Shown in pieces: positions 63,321-64,000 of a stretch of DNA of 64,000 nucleotides (positions are counted from its first letter, which is position 1; the number at the start of each line of letters is the position of its first letter). The stretch is from Lama glama (lineage: Eukaryota). The stretch spans positions 3,412,001-3,476,000 of the forward strand of contig CM052817.1 of NCBI GenBank assembly GCA_028534125.1. The letters run 5' to 3'. The notes beneath the pieces were generated by a model, which saw only the letters and a list, made by a program, of their open reading frames with translations, was not told where the DNA came from and made no database searches. Position numbers and translations under genes: made by a program.

Positions 63321-64000
63321 AGCTGGGAGCAGTAGATACTGCATGGGCCCAGGGGGCAGAAAAGACTCTCCCCCCGGAGTCCCAGAGCCCCGCACCCACA
63401 GCACCACCGGGGGGGGGGGTGATGTGCTCCCTGAAAAGGTGCTCCCGGCACACCTCGCTGACAACCCAAAGGTCTCCACGCCCCTCCCCGAAGGTCTCGG
63501 GGGGACATCTCAGTGTCTCCGTCCTGGGGGGCAGAGGGTGGAGGGAGACCTGATTCTGGCCCCCTTGGGGTTTATGTGCAGACAGCATGGTCCAGGACGG
63601 CTCAGCAATTAAGGACCAAAACAACCCCTATCCGTCCAGCATCGGACGGCCAGAAAGCCCAAACCCCCGGGGTAGTTTTAGAGGATAAGTAACAAAGAAG
63701 CAGGATAAGCGGTTTTTTTTTTAAATGAACGTCTGGGAAATGAAGCTGAGTCAAGCCAGACAGCTCGCTGATAACATCTGTGACAGCTGCAGCTGAATTC
63801 GGAGACATTTCCATCCAGAAACCGTCAGCAGCCCCACGTTACCTACAGGAGAAAATCCAACCCTTCACCTTGGTGTGCGAGGCTGTGCAAGTCTGGTCCC
63901 GGCCCACCTCCTGCTTCACGCTCCCCCTCTCTCCACCCCCCAGCCCCAGCCTGGTTACTGCAGAGGACACGCAGGTCTCGAATCTGCCCCTCCACACACA

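Noticed and set aside
263..63814. All ORFs in the six-frame track as protein-coding genes
   Set aside because: They overlap in all frames, are Pro/Gly/Ala/Arg/Ser-rich as expected for GC-rich non-coding DNA, often lie in repeats, and show no recognisable domain. Small spliced exons cannot be excluded.
1..64000. Naming the host gene or exact species
   Set aside because: No exon was recognised. The cetartiodactyl/camelid assignment rests only on remembered repeat types.

Overview
This is GC-rich mammalian non-coding DNA, either a large intron or a gene desert. I cannot support any protein-coding exon, tRNA or rRNA. The ORF track is noise from GC-rich sequence, simple repeats and a 500-N gap (29416-29915). 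The window is a mosaic of old eutherian repeats: MIR, L2, L1M, MLT1/MaLR LTRs, and hAT MITEs (MER5, MER45A and MER102-like). It also holds an artiodactyl-type L1 3' end and a MER41-like LTR. I saw no Alu, B1/B2, Bov-tA/BovB, PRE-1 or SINEC, which suggests a cetartiodactyl, possibly a camelid (inference). Between the repeats lie AT-rich, repeat-free, homeodomain/bZIP/FOX-motif-rich islands resembling conserved enhancers of a developmental-regulator locus; I cannot name the gene. The most notable structures are (1) an ungapped 136-bp inverted repeat pair, about 87% identical and 778 bp apart (51203-51338 / 52117-52252); (2) an L1 insertion with a 3' transduction bounded by a 15-bp target-site duplication (24387-24666); (3) a perfect 84-bp tandem duplication; and (4) a pre-miRNA-sized hairpin at 16440-16510. 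Repeat family names come from remembered consensus motifs, not a database search, and repeat boundaries are approximate.
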